Source: a bacterium
Lineage (GTDB): Bacteria > UBA8248 > JACPRG01 > G963555815
Direction of reading: 5' to 3'
Length of the DNA: 64,000 nt
Assembly: GCA_965261595.1 (NCBI GenBank)
Contig: CBDHDG010000006.1
Span: 1,312,001-1,376,000 of the forward strand
Shown here: piece by piece, positions 18,401 to 27,239 of the stretch
How the letters are laid out: every line of letters starts with the position of its first letter
Position numbering within the stretch: position 1 is the stretch's first letter
Notes under the pieces: generated by a model
Told to the model about the DNA's origin: nothing
What the model saw: only the letters and a program-made list of their open reading frames with translations
Database searches by the model: none
Program-made: the position numbers and the translations under genes

Positions 18401-19944
18401 TGCTCAGGATCGCGGACGGCCGGGGCGAGCGCCTGGCGCTGCGCAGCCGGCCCGCCTCCGCAAGCCTGACCGAGACCGCCGCCTTCATGGACGGGGAGAA
18501 GAAGATACTCGTCTTCTCCATGGCCGGCGGCACGGGACGCAGCTACCACGCGGATCTTGCATGCGGCAACACCGTGCGCCGGGTCCACTACCTGCTCGAG
18601 CCCGGCTGGCGGGCCGATCAGGCCATACAGGGGCTGGGCCGTACCCACAGGACCCACCAGGCGTCGGCCCCCGTGTTCCGGCCCGTGACCACGGACGTGA
18701 AGGGCGAGAGGCGGTTCATCGCCACCATCGCGAGAAGGCTCGACTCCCTCGGGGCCATCACCCGGGGCCAGCGGGACTCCCAGACCGCCATGGCCGGCGA
18801 TGACGCGGCGCTGTTCCGCGAGAGCGACAACCTGGAGAGCGCCTACGCCAAGGCGGCGTTGAGACGGTTCTACATTGCGCTGTGGCGCGGCCGCATACCG
18901 GGCTGGTCCCTCGGCCGCTTCGAGGAGGCCACCGGCCTCGCCCTCACCTGGGAGGGAGCGCTCAAGGACGACCTGCCGCCCATGTCCAGGTTCCTGAACC
19001 GCCTGCTGGCCCTCCCCATCGACGAGCAGAACGCGCTCTTCGCCGAGCTGGAGTGCCTCATCGCGGAGAACGTCGAGCAGGCGATCGAGGCCGGCGCCCA
19101 TGACATCGGCGTGGAGACCCTGCAGGCCGACTCGCTCGCGGTGGCCGGCCGGGAGACCCTCTACACCCACCCCGGGACCGGGGCCGCGACCGATCTCGTC
19201 GAGATCCTCCTCCGCGACCGGCTGGAGCCGACCCCGGCGGACGCGGCGCTCGAGATCGGGACCCAGGGCGGGGACAGCCGGCCTGGGCTCGTCGTCAACA
19301 GCCGCTCGGGACGAGGGGCCGTTGTCCTGCCCGCGCCGTCCAGGATGCTCGACGACGGCGGGGTGCAGGAGCGGGTGCGCCTCCTGCGGCCCACGGCCCG
19401 GGAAGCCATGGCCAGGGCCGAGCTCGAGGCCTCGAACTGGCGCAGGGCCTCGGAGGGGGAGTGGCGTTCCCGCTGGGAGGAGGAGATCGCCGGCCTGCCA
19501 ACCCATACCGAGTCCCGCTTCTGGCTCGTCACCGGGCTGCTCCTGCCGATCTGGGACCGGCTCGGAATGGAGAACATGCGCGTGCGCCGGCTGTTGACCG
19601 ACGCCGGCGAGGCGATGATCGGCCGCGTGCTCGACGCCGAACAGGTACGGGCCGCGCGCACCTCTTTCGGCCTTGCCGGCGGTCCCGGCATGACCCCCCT
19701 CGAGACCTTCGAGGCGGTCATGGGGCGAGGCGCGTCGTTCGGCCTCGCGAACGGCTGGCGTCTTGCGCGCCGGCGCATCATGGGGGCCGACCGCGTCGAG
19801 ATAGAGGGTCCCGTTGACGGCGACATCGCCGCGCTCAAGCGCATGGGGTGCATCGTCGAGATCGTCTCCTGGCGCTCACGCCTCTTCGTCCCCGACGCCG
19901 GCGTGCTCGAACGCGTCATCGAGCGCTGGCCCATCGCGGCCTGA
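15454..19944 (+). CDS. Strawberry notch-like SF2 helicase fused to DNA methyltransferase domain
   Basis: QQFSTP, VLEPSAGTG, MNPPF. LGDGTGCGKGRQ, FDEAH, SATGA, QGLGRTHR. Confidence 0.95.
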   Translation: MPHALTAAEGERASARPYVPRSIPSIPTAALFTAAQALWPVLTAGRPLDAAALRGAMTQAFGATDAEGAWVWKDAYEAAEAAVVLFLKCYGRAMRRRAGAGGPPAMLALLQKIAALEPSHTKRSESQVRLQQFSTPLGLAYAALQAAAIRPGDIVLEPSAGTGILAVMAECALGTGGEGALHLNEIAGTRAGLLSRLFPKASVTGFNAEAIADRLPDVRPTVVLMNPPFSASPGVHRIRHDADLRHLRSAFAMLGLGGRLVAVTSAGCMPGDRVWKDAFERLDPPARVVFSMAIDGRAYARRGTTFDTRLTVLDRSGDREHAAIDPAARANSSAELLEAVMAGVPARLATGAVEIPDTAAPLRDLFGDTAPVKSKERKTTAKPAHRPAEDKDRRHDWGPVSELAYATAPVSVDAPAGSETATGPYAPWKPGIVHVPGAVVHPTPLVQSAAMAAVPHPGPSYRPMLPERVVTDGLLSDAQIESVVLAGEAHNRHLSARYRIGAQWETVHRCNDDDAGVRTAGATEDGEALSETVRFRRGWMLGDGTGCGKGRQVAGILLDNRLRGRKRALWLSQSDKLVEDARRDWAALGGNEDDVIPLGKFRQGAEIPLPEGVLFATYATLRSPARQGKASRLEQIVSWLAGGTEQDQRHAFDGVIVFDEAHAMANAAGSKGARGEVKPSAQGRAGLRLQNALPDARVLYVSATGASTVPGLSYAGRLGLWGAEETPFETRGDFVSAMEAGGVAAMEVVARDLKALGLYQARALAYDGVEIDILQHALTPEQRRIYDAYAGAFKVIHANLQDALEATGVMQGDSTLNRNAKSAALSAFEGAKQRFFGHLLTGMKCPSLIRAVEADLDAGRSAVIQLVSTGEALMERRIAEIPASEWDDLSIDLTPREYVLDFLAHAFPAQLQEPFTDEEGYLMSRPVFDTDGNPVLCQEALAKREALIGKLASLPPVQSALDRILHHFGHEAVAEVTGRSRRVLRIADGRGERLALRSRPASASLTETAAFMDGEKKILVFSMAGGTGRSYHADLACGNTVRRVHYLLEPGWRADQAIQGLGRTHRTHQASAPVFRPVTTDVKGERRFIATIARRLDSLGAITRGQRDSQTAMAGDDAALFRESDNLESAYAKAALRRFYIALWRGRIPGWSLGRFEEATGLALTWEGALKDDLPPMSRFLNRLLALPIDEQNALFAELECLIAENVEQAIEAGAHDIGVETLQADSLAVAGRETLYTHPGTGAATDLVEILLRDRLEPTPADAALEIGTQGGDSRPGLVVNSRSGRGAVVLPAPSRMLDDGGVQERVRLLRPTAREAMARAELEASNWRRASEGEWRSRWEEEIAGLPTHTESRFWLVTGLLLPIWDRLGMENMRVRRLLTDAGEAMIGRVLDAEQVRAARTSFGLAGGPGMTPLETFEAVMGRGASFGLANGWRLARRRIMGADRVEIEGPVDGDIAALKRMGCIVEIVSWRSRLFVPDAGVLERVIERWPIAA

Positions 19945-20124
19945 GCCTGTCCGTACAGCCGGCCCGCCGTCCGCCCGCGGGGGGGGCCGTTCCACCGCCT
20001 TCATCCGTATCGCCGTCCGCCCGGATACGTATCGGCCCGGAGCCGTCTGGAACCCGTATGGCCGGGGGGGGGCCATCACCCACGCCCCCCGGCGCACCGC
20101 CGACACCTCACGGGAGACCCGAAC

Positions 20125-20394
20125 ATGACCGCGCACACCCTGCCGGACAACCCCGACTACGCCTTCTGTCCCGCCTATGACCTCGCCGACGAGCCGCAGC
20201 AGATCCGAATCGTCATCGACGGCATGGCGGGCTACGTCCCCACCGCCCTGGTCGCCCTCACCCTCGAGGACGCCGAGCGCATCTGCGACCGATTGAACGC
20301 TCGCCTCGGACTCTCGCGAAAGGACTGGACCGAACTCGCCGCACGGTCCATGCGCGCCGAGAACGGTGCACCGGACAACGAGACCGTGCACTGA
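20125..20394 (+). CDS. Hypothetical protein
   Basis: GGGAG RBS, 89 aa, backbone-like codon use. Confidence 0.7.
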   Translation: MTAHTLPDNPDYAFCPAYDLADEPQQIRIVIDGMAGYVPTALVALTLEDAERICDRLNARLGLSRKDWTELAARSMRAENGAPDNETVH

Positions 20395-20436
20395 GTCGCC
20401 CGCCATGCTGCGCAGCCGGCCCGACGTCCTCCGGCC

Positions 20437-20817
20437 TCAACCCCGCCGCTTGAGCCACCACCACGCCGCCCAGACCGGAAGGCTGAGCACCGCCGCGTAG
20501 ACGGCGATGGCGACCGGGCCGAGCAGTCCCGCCACCAGCGACGCCGCCACCGTGACGGCGCCGAGCCCGATCCCCGCCGTCCAGGCGGCGCGCCGGTAGC
20601 CCAGCCGCCACAGTCGCCGGCATCCCAGCGCCAGCGGCAGGCCGCACGGCGCCACCGGCACCAGCGACCCCGCCCACATCAGCGCCATCCACAGCCACAT
20701 CCCGGGCTCCATCTCCGGCGCGAAGCGCACCGCCGCCGTCGCGACCACTCCGGCGGGCAGCCACAGGAGCGCCAGCAGCCAGAAGCCGCGCCGCTTGATG
20801 AGGCCCTGGTCGTCCAT
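20437..20817 (-). CDS. Small multi-pass membrane protein
   Basis: About four hydrophobic Trp/Leu-rich segments. Confidence 0.65.
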   Translation of the reverse strand: MDDQGLIKRRGFWLLALLWLPAGVVATAAVRFAPEMEPGMWLWMALMWAGSLVPVAPCGLPLALGCRRLWRLGYRRAAWTAGIGLGAVTVAASLVAGLLGPVAIAVYAAVLSLPVWAAWWWLKRRG

Positions 20818-21078
20818 GCGCCTTATCCGACTCGAAACTCGCACCGCACGCAAGCCCGAGCGGGTCCGTGTTCGACAACAGCCGGGCGAGGGCGAAGACC
20901 GCGCAAGGTCGGCGAGCGGCTGCCGGCGTCCGTCGCGCCCTCTGAGCTCGCCCCGGGTCCCGTCACCGTCCTTCGAGTCAGAGGGAAGCAAGGGCCGGGC
21001 GAAGACCCGGCAGGGGAGAGGGAGACGGTCTCCCGGTCCCGATGCCGGGAACGGCAATCCCGGACAGGAGGCTAACCC

Positions 21079-21219
21079 ATGCTCGACCGTGACTTCGAAC
21101 CCGACATCCCGACCCATGACGAACTGCTCGCCGAGATCGGCCTCGACTCTTACACCATCCGCAGGATCCTCACCGAAGCGGTCCATGCCGACACCGGCGA
21201 AGGAGAGGCGCTTTCATAG
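21079..21219 (+). CDS. Small acidic protein (46 aa)
   Basis: AGGAGG RBS. MLDRDFEPDIPTHDELLAEIGLDSYTIRRILTEAV... Confidence 0.55.
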   Translation: MLDRDFEPDIPTHDELLAEIGLDSYTIRRILTEAVHADTGEGEALS

Positions 21220-21307
21220 GGTGAACCGAAGGGGCCGGAGAGAGAGGCTCTCCCCCCTTTTCCGTCACCCGTTGTCATCCACACCCTCACGCAGAAGGAG
21301 AACCGTC

Positions 21308-21733
21308 ATGGCATTCGGACTCAATCGCGCTGAAGTGATCGGCCGCCTCGGCGCCGACGTCACCGTCAACCACCTCACCAGCGGCGGACGCGTGGCCAAC
21401 CTGTCGATCGCCACCGACGAGGGCTACATCGACAAGCAGACCGGCGATCGGGTCGACAAGACCGAGTGGCACCGGGTCGTGACCTTCCAGCCCGGACTGG
21501 TCGACATGTTCGAAAAGCACGCGACGAAGGGCCGGCTGGTCTATGTGGCGGGCAAGCTCCAGACCCGTCGCTGGAAGAAGGACGACGAGGACTCCGACCG
21601 GTTCTCCACCGAGATCCTGTTGGTTCCGGGCGGGCGCGTGCAGTTCCTCGACAAGCCCAACGGCAACGGCGCGCCGGTCGCGGAGGCGGAGACGCCGTCC
21701 GCCGAAGCGCCCATCGACGACATCCCGTTCTGA
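21308..21733 (+). CDS. ssb: Single-stranded DNA-binding protein
   Basis: LNRAEVIGRLGAD, TEWHRVV, KGRLVYVAGKLQTRRW, C-terminal DDIPF. Confidence 0.97.
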   Translation: MAFGLNRAEVIGRLGADVTVNHLTSGGRVANLSIATDEGYIDKQTGDRVDKTEWHRVVTFQPGLVDMFEKHATKGRLVYVAGKLQTRRWKKDDEDSDRFSTEILLVPGGRVQFLDKPNGNGAPVAEAETPSAEAPIDDIPF

Positions 21734-21927
21734 GCGCGCATTCCGTTTCCTCCCTCTACCCGGGCCGGCGCTTCGCGCGTCGGCCCTTTTTCTTGCTGCC
21801 CGTTCCGAGACAGCGCCCGTTCGGGCCTCGCGCCAGCGCTACGCGCGGCGCTTCGTCCTCCGGCGCCGGCCGGAGGCGGAGGCCGGCCGGTATCGGGCCT
21901 TCCCCGTCCGTCCAGAGGAGGCCCGTT

Positions 21928-22959
21928 ATGCCGCCCCCATCGTCCCGTTCCGTATCTCCCGCCGCCGACATCGCCGCCGCGCTCGGCGCGTGCGCCGAGG
22001 CCGTTTGCCGGCGTTACCTGCCCCAGGGCCGCAAGCAGGGCCGGTACTGGGCCGCCGGCGATCTCGAAGGCGCTCGCGGCCGCTCGCTCTTCGTCCGCCT
22101 GCACGGTCCCGGCGTCCCCGGCAAGTGGACCGACGCGGCCACCGGAGAGCACGGGGACCTGCTCGATCTCGTCCGGCATCGCTCGGGCGCGCCGACGCTT
22201 CGCGCGGCGCTCGCCGAGGCCCGCGCCTTCCTCGCCCTGCCGGCTCCGCCGGCGTCGGGCGGGAGCTACGACGCAACAGAAGCGGCCCGCCGCCTCTGGC
22301 GGCGTTGCCGCGCCATCGACGGCACCCATGCCGAGGCCTACCTCCACGCCCGCGGACTCGCGCGCTGCCGGTTCCCGGCATTGCGCTTCCATCCCGAGCT
22401 TCGCTATCGCGAAGGCTCTTCCCTGCGCCGTTTTCCGGCGCTGGTCGCCGCCGTGACCGGCGACGACGGCGCCATCCACGGCGTGCAGCGCACCTGGCTC
22501 GATTCGCGCTTGCCCGCCAAGGCGGACGTCGCGGCCCCGCGCAAGGCGCTCGGCCGCATCCACGGACGCGCCGTGTGCTTCGGCAGGCCCGCCGACGGCG
22601 CTTCGCTGCTCGTCGGCGAAGGCATCGAGACGGTGCTGTCGATCGTCACCGCGGCGCCCGGGGTCATTTCGGCGGCCGCGCTCTCGGCCGGAAGCCTCGG
22701 CGCCTTCGCTCCGCCTGGCGGGCTCAAACGGCTCGTCATCGCCCGCGACAACGATTCCGAGGGCGAACGGGCCGCCCAACGCCTCGCCCGGCGCTGCGCG
22801 CGGGCGGGCGTCGCCGCCCACGTCATCGTCTCCGAATACGGCGACTTCAACAACGACCTCGTTACCCTCGGACCCCGGGCCCTGGCCCTTCGGCTCGCCG
22901 CCCTGTTCCCCGCGCCGCAGCGGGTCGGAGAGAGGGAGGGAAGAGCGGGGGAGGGATGA
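21928..22959 (+). CDS. Toprim-domain primase-like protein (DUF7146 type)
   Basis: WTDAATGEHGDLLDL, AEAYLHARG, GEGIETVLS, IARDND. Confidence 0.9.
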   Translation: MPPPSSRSVSPAADIAAALGACAEAVCRRYLPQGRKQGRYWAAGDLEGARGRSLFVRLHGPGVPGKWTDAATGEHGDLLDLVRHRSGAPTLRAALAEARAFLALPAPPASGGSYDATEAARRLWRRCRAIDGTHAEAYLHARGLARCRFPALRFHPELRYREGSSLRRFPALVAAVTGDDGAIHGVQRTWLDSRLPAKADVAAPRKALGRIHGRAVCFGRPADGASLLVGEGIETVLSIVTAAPGVISAAALSAGSLGAFAPPGGLKRLVIARDNDSEGERAAQRLARRCARAGVAAHVIVSEYGDFNNDLVTLGPRALALRLAALFPAPQRVGEREGRAGEG

Positions 22960-22983
22960 ACGGCTCCAAAGGAGAAAGAGAGC

Positions 22984-23664
22984 ATGGCGCACATCGTCAA
23001 TCTCAGGCATGCGCCCGCCCTGCGGGCGGCGCTCGACGGCAAGGCGGAGCACGGCGGGACCGTGCGGATCGACCGCCGCTCTCAATGGGGAAACCGGTTC
23101 CGCATCGGCCCGGACGGACCGCGCGATGAAGTGATCGCGCGCTATCGCGCCGATCTCTGGCGCCGCGTTCGCGCCGCCGAGGTCGGGTTCGACGAACTCG
23201 CCGCCCTTCACGGAAAGCCGCTGGCCTGCCGGTGCGCGCCGCTGCCCTGCCATGGGCAGGTCCTCGCCCGCGCCGCGCGGCATGGGCGGCCTCCGTTCTG
23301 GCGGAACGGAGGGGAGAGTGAAGCGGGAGAGAGGGCGAACGCCGCGAGGAGGGAGAGAGAGGGCCCCGGGCATCGGCAACACGGAAGGAGAACCGAAATG
23401 CAATCCGTTACCTCGAGGAGCATCGCCCGTACGAGTCGAGGCTCTACCACGATGGCAATCTCGCCTGCGAGGTTGCGGAGCGACTCGTCGATACGCGTCC
23501 GTTGCGGTGACGGGCCATGCCGTCTTCGGGCGATCCCTTCGGGCCGGGCTCCCCGCTGCAATCTCCGCTCCGCTCCGATTTGCGCTTCTATCCCTATCGC
23601 CTCCGCTCGCTGGCGCTCGCTGCGCGCTCCTGTACCTCTTATAAGTGACTCTGCGCTTCAATAG
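22984..23664 (+). CDS. DUF4326 domain protein (C-terminal half probably read-through)
   Basis: IDRRSQWGNRF, LHGKPLACRCAPLPCHGQVL. Recognisable domain ends near 23290. Confidence 0.75.
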   Translation: MAHIVNLRHAPALRAALDGKAEHGGTVRIDRRSQWGNRFRIGPDGPRDEVIARYRADLWRRVRAAEVGFDELAALHGKPLACRCAPLPCHGQVLARAARHGRPPFWRNGGESEAGERANAARREREGPGHRQHGRRTEMQSVTSRSIARTSRGSTTMAISPARLRSDSSIRVRCGDGPCRLRAIPSGRAPRCNLRSAPICASIPIASARWRSLRAPVPLISDSALQ

Positions 23665-23830
23665 CACGGAATTGGGCAGGCCGCCGGGAGCAACCCTTGC
23701 GCGCTCAGTGCCATCAGCACCTCAAGCGGACAGGTGCCCCGGCGGTCCTGCCACGACGGATGCCCCGTGAGGAGTTAGCGCCTTGAGCGCCAAGTACAGG
23801 AGTCGGCAGGCGTCGCGGCAGGCCCAGCCA
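23665..23830 (+). ncRNA. IS110 bridge RNA (target-binding and donor-binding loops); ends approximate
   Basis: Two stem/internal-loop modules. Guides TGCGCGCTC (23698-706), CAAGCGGA (23723-30), GTGAGGAGT (23767-75) and GTACAGGA (23794-801) match the target and donor half-sites. Confidence 0.85.
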
Positions 23831-23859
23831 CCATCGCACAGATTAGGGAGGGAGACGAA

Positions 23860-25230
23860 TTGGCAGATCTCAAGTGGTTTGTCGGAATCGATTGGGGGTC
23901 CCGAATCCACCAGGCCTGCATCCTCGACGCGAACGGCGACGTTCGAGCCGAGCATGCGTTCGCCCACGGCGGCGCCGGTTTCGCCGCGTTGACGGACTGG
24001 ATTCTGTCCGGCACCGAGGAGGCGCCGGCGGACCAGGTCGGCGTGGCCATCGAGACGCCTCGCGGACCCGTGGTCGAAACGCTCCTCGGATGCGGCTTCG
24101 CCGTTCACTCCATCAACCCCAGGCAACTGGACCGCTTCCGCGACCGTTACTCGCACGCCGGGGCGAAGGACGATCGTCGCGACGCCCTGGTGCTGGCGTC
24201 GGCGCTACGCACCGACCCGCACCGGCTGCTGCGGGTCAAACCAACGGCTCCCGCAATCGTCGAGCTGCGCGAGTGGTCCCGCATCGTCGAGAGCCTGACG
24301 CGCGAGCGGGTGCGCCTGTCCAATCGCATGTGCGACCAGCTCTGGCGTTACTATCCCGAGTTCATCAATGTCGTGGAGGACTTCAATGTTCACTGGGCAC
24401 TGGCCCTTTGGAACCGCGTGCCGACGCCCGCGGCCGTGCGCGGCGTCCGGCTTTCCACGCTCGAGAAGCTTCTGAAAAAGCACCGCGTTCGACGTATCAC
24501 CGCCGAGGAGCTCCGCGACCAGCTTACCGCGCGCGCCATCGACATCGACCCCAGCGCAATACGCGCCGCCGAGACCCACGCCCGCATCATTGCGAAGCAG
24601 CTTGCGCTCGTGAACCAGCAGTTGACAGAGGCCAACTCACGTCTCGAGGCGCTCGTCACCCAGCTCGCCGAAGCCGCCCCCGATCCGGACGAAAGTTCCG
24701 AACCGGGGCAACACAAAGAACAGCGTGACGTGGCTATCCTGCGTTCTCTGCCCGGAGTCGGCACGGTTGTCCTCGCCACGCTGTTCGCAGAGGCCGATGA
24801 CGCTCTGCAGCGCCGAGACTACCACGCGCTGCGCTGCTTGTGCGGCGTGGCGCCCGTCACCAAGCGCTCCGGCAAGAGCATGCGCGTCTCCCTCAGACGC
24901 GCCGCGCATCGTCGCCTGCGCAATGCCACCTACCATTGGGCACGCGTGGCCATGCAGAAGGACCCCGTCTGCAAAGCCAAGTACCAGGTGCTTCGCTCCC
25001 GAGGCCACGGCCACGCCCGTTCGCTGCGCTCCGTCGCAGACCGCCTCCTCAATGTCGCCTGCGCCATGCTTCGCGACCAGACACTGTTCGACCCGCAGCA
25101 CGCCAGCGCTGCAGCAGGTTCACACCGCGAAGCGGTCAATGGAATCTCAATTGAATCATCTGTTGTTGGTCCTGTGGAGCTTGTGGGCGAGAGGGGCGAG
25201 AGTGTGGGCAACGCGGTGGGCAACGCGTAA
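23860..25230 (+). CDS. IS110 recombinase/transposase
   Basis: FVGIDWG, AIETPRG, AKDDRRDA (DEDD), SLPGVG, APVTKRSGKS. Confidence 0.96.
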   Translation: MADLKWFVGIDWGSRIHQACILDANGDVRAEHAFAHGGAGFAALTDWILSGTEEAPADQVGVAIETPRGPVVETLLGCGFAVHSINPRQLDRFRDRYSHAGAKDDRRDALVLASALRTDPHRLLRVKPTAPAIVELREWSRIVESLTRERVRLSNRMCDQLWRYYPEFINVVEDFNVHWALALWNRVPTPAAVRGVRLSTLEKLLKKHRVRRITAEELRDQLTARAIDIDPSAIRAAETHARIIAKQLALVNQQLTEANSRLEALVTQLAEAAPDPDESSEPGQHKEQRDVAILRSLPGVGTVVLATLFAEADDALQRRDYHALRCLCGVAPVTKRSGKSMRVSLRRAAHRRLRNATYHWARVAMQKDPVCKAKYQVLRSRGHGHARSLRSVADRLLNVACAMLRDQTLFDPQHASAAAGSHREAVNGISIESSVVGPVELVGERGESVGNAVGNA

Positions 25231-25305
25231 GCGTTGTCCACGGACTTGTCCATACGGCCCGCAGGGCTCGCGCCGGTCCTCAGGACTCGTCCACAAATCC
25301 ATAGG
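25171..25305. repeat. Nested palindromic element in IS110 3' end
   Basis: CCTGTGGAGCTTGTGG...CCACAAATCCATAGG arms. Inner GTGGGCAACGC-GTAA-GCGTTGTCCAC. Confidence 0.7.
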
Positions 25306-25735
25306 ACTACCCCCTTGCAAGTTGGTGAGGAGTCCGCTTGCCGGGCCGGCGCCCGAGACCCGCGTCTCAATCCCGGAACCGCACAGGGCGTCCGGGACAG
25401 TGACAAACAATATCCCTCTCGACGTGATGGCCCATTGTCCCACACGTGCTCGCTGCGCCAACCCCGCCTCCGGCGGGGTCCTCCTCTTCGTTCCGGCCCT
25501 GGCTCGCAAGGCTACGGCGCTGAAGCGCCTAGGCGCGGCAAGAACCGCGACCGAGGCTCCGCGCTCCCTGCGGTCGCTTGTGCGCCCGCACCACTCGCGC
25601 TTCTCGCCGCGCCAAGCCTTGCGGCCACGGTGGCTTTGCAGCGCGCGCGTGGGCCACTCAACCATCACGTTCGGAGACTCTCTCCGCACAACGAACCATA
25701 ACGGTTCTCTACACTCAATCCATAAGGAGAGCATC

Positions 25736-26659
25736 ATGCACGATATCGACAACATCTCAGAACAGAACCAGTCCGTCACCGCCACCGTCTGCGAGCAGGC
25801 GGCTCTCTTCGGCGCGACTCCAGAGCGCGACGAATTCGACAACCGGGAGGTCTGGGACCCGGAGAACGCCCTCTCCGCCGTCACGGAAGCCTTCCGCATC
25901 ATGGCACACGGCGTCGCCCCCGACGGAACGCAACTCGCCGACGAGCGCGAGAGCCTGCTCTGGGGATTCGTCAACATGCTCGACGCCCAGACCCAACGCC
26001 TCGACCGCGCGGCCGACAGGCTCCTCCCCGACATGCGCGACCTCCAGCGAGAGCAGGACGGCTCGGAGATCCGGTCCCGAGAGCTCGAACTCGTCACCGA
26101 CCGAACCAAGAACCTCACGGACCGGCGGGACGCCTTCGAGCAACTCAGAGATGCAGCGGCCGAGGCCTACCGGGTCGAGACCGGAGACCTCTGGCGGCCC
26201 CGGCGCGGGTCCCACACCTCCCAGACCGGCAAGCTCACTTCGGCCATGATCGACGCCCGAGACTTCCAGCGTGCCCGCAGGGACCGCGAGAACAAGGCGC
26301 TCCTGCCCCAGGGAACGCTCGTCGCGGTGGCAGGCGGCAAGCACGCCGGCGACGCAGGCGCCATCATCCGCACCCTCGAGAAGCTCAAGGCCAAGTACGA
26401 CGACGTGGTCCTGGTCCACGGCGGCGGCCCCGGCGTCGAGAAGATCGCGGCCAAGTGGGCGGACCGCAACGGCGTCCATCAGATCGTCTGCAAGCCCAAC
26501 TGGGACGCACACGGACGCGCGGCGCCCTTCCGGCGCAATGACGAACTGCTCGATCTCCTCCCCAAGGGCGTCATCGCGTTCCCGGGTTCCGGCATCACCG
26601 ACAATCTGGTCGACAAGGCGCGCAAGCTCGGTATCCCGGTCCAGTGCGTCGCCGCCTGA
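25736..26659 (+). CDS. DUF2493 (SLOG/YspA-like) domain protein
   Basis: AAGGAG RBS. LLWGFVN, WRPRRGS, LVHGGGPGVEKIAAKWA, AAPFRRND, FPGSGITDNL. Confidence 0.9.
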   Translation: MHDIDNISEQNQSVTATVCEQAALFGATPERDEFDNREVWDPENALSAVTEAFRIMAHGVAPDGTQLADERESLLWGFVNMLDAQTQRLDRAADRLLPDMRDLQREQDGSEIRSRELELVTDRTKNLTDRRDAFEQLRDAAAEAYRVETGDLWRPRRGSHTSQTGKLTSAMIDARDFQRARRDRENKALLPQGTLVAVAGGKHAGDAGAIIRTLEKLKAKYDDVVLVHGGGPGVEKIAAKWADRNGVHQIVCKPNWDAHGRAAPFRRNDELLDLLPKGVIAFPGSGITDNLVDKARKLGIPVQCVAA

Positions 26660-26728
26660 TCCGAACGACCTCGCGGGTCGCGTCGCCACCCGGCGGCGCG
26701 GCCCGTTCTTCCTTCCTTCAGGTCCCAT

Positions 26729-26803
26729 TGCACTGTGCTCCGCACCGGTGCAAACCCCACTGCTCAATCCGTCCTGCACCGCTCCATGCACTGTGCTCCG
26801 CAC
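26729..26803. repeat. 17-bp direct repeat TGCACTGTGCTCCGCAC x2
   Basis: 26729-26745 and 26787-26803. Confidence 0.85.
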
Positions 26804-27030
26804 GGCCACCCGCTCAATCGCCGCGGCGGCTCCCCAGCGCGTCACGCGCCCGCGGAGATCCCCTCTTCGCTCGTTCCTCGCATTTTGGTCTGTCGGACGC
26901 CGGTCGGCGCTTTTACTCTCACACCCCACGCACCGATGGTGCCCTCACAACCGGGCGCGCGCTTGTCATGCGGTTTGCTGCGCCAATACCGACACAAGCT
27001 GCCTGGCGGTTGTTGGATCGAGCGTATACC

Positions 27031-27146
27031 GCACCGATATACGAGGCTAAGATATTGATATTGCGAAGTTTTAATTCGGGCTGATATACGACCGGCATAC
27101 GTCCCTGTCGCGGCTGCGACGGCCGTGTATGCTGCACCGATATACG
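27031..27146. promoter_or_regulatory. GCACCGATATACG repeats around an AT-rich core upstream of RHH gene
   Basis: 27031-43, 27134-46, partial copy at 27081-90. Function inferred. Confidence 0.5.
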
Positions 27147-27239
27147 GGGAATCGACGCCGCCGAGGACGGAACTGCTTCCGTTCCCTGAGGAAGCCTGTG
27201 CATTCTCGAACGAAGACCACGACCCGGAGAGACAAAACC

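Larger units (their letters stand above)
23631..25335 (+). mobile_element. IS110-family element, apparently complete
   Basis: Transposase plus about 230-bp left non-coding end. Shared TCC core at both junctions (23628-23630, 25333-25335). Boundaries confirmed by guide matches. Confidence 0.93.

Noticed and set aside
11510..23667. Long minus-strand ORFs (714, 977, 708 aa)
   Set aside because: Antisense shadows of high-GC plus-strand genes
25315..25335. Canonical circle-junction promoter for IS110
   Set aside because: TTGCAA is present, but the 17-bp-spaced hexamer after joining is TACCTC and TATAAG is too far away, so not claimed
23651..25340. Alternative IS110 boundary using the shared CGCTT
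   Set aside because: All four guides support the TCC core at 23628-30 / 25333-35 instead
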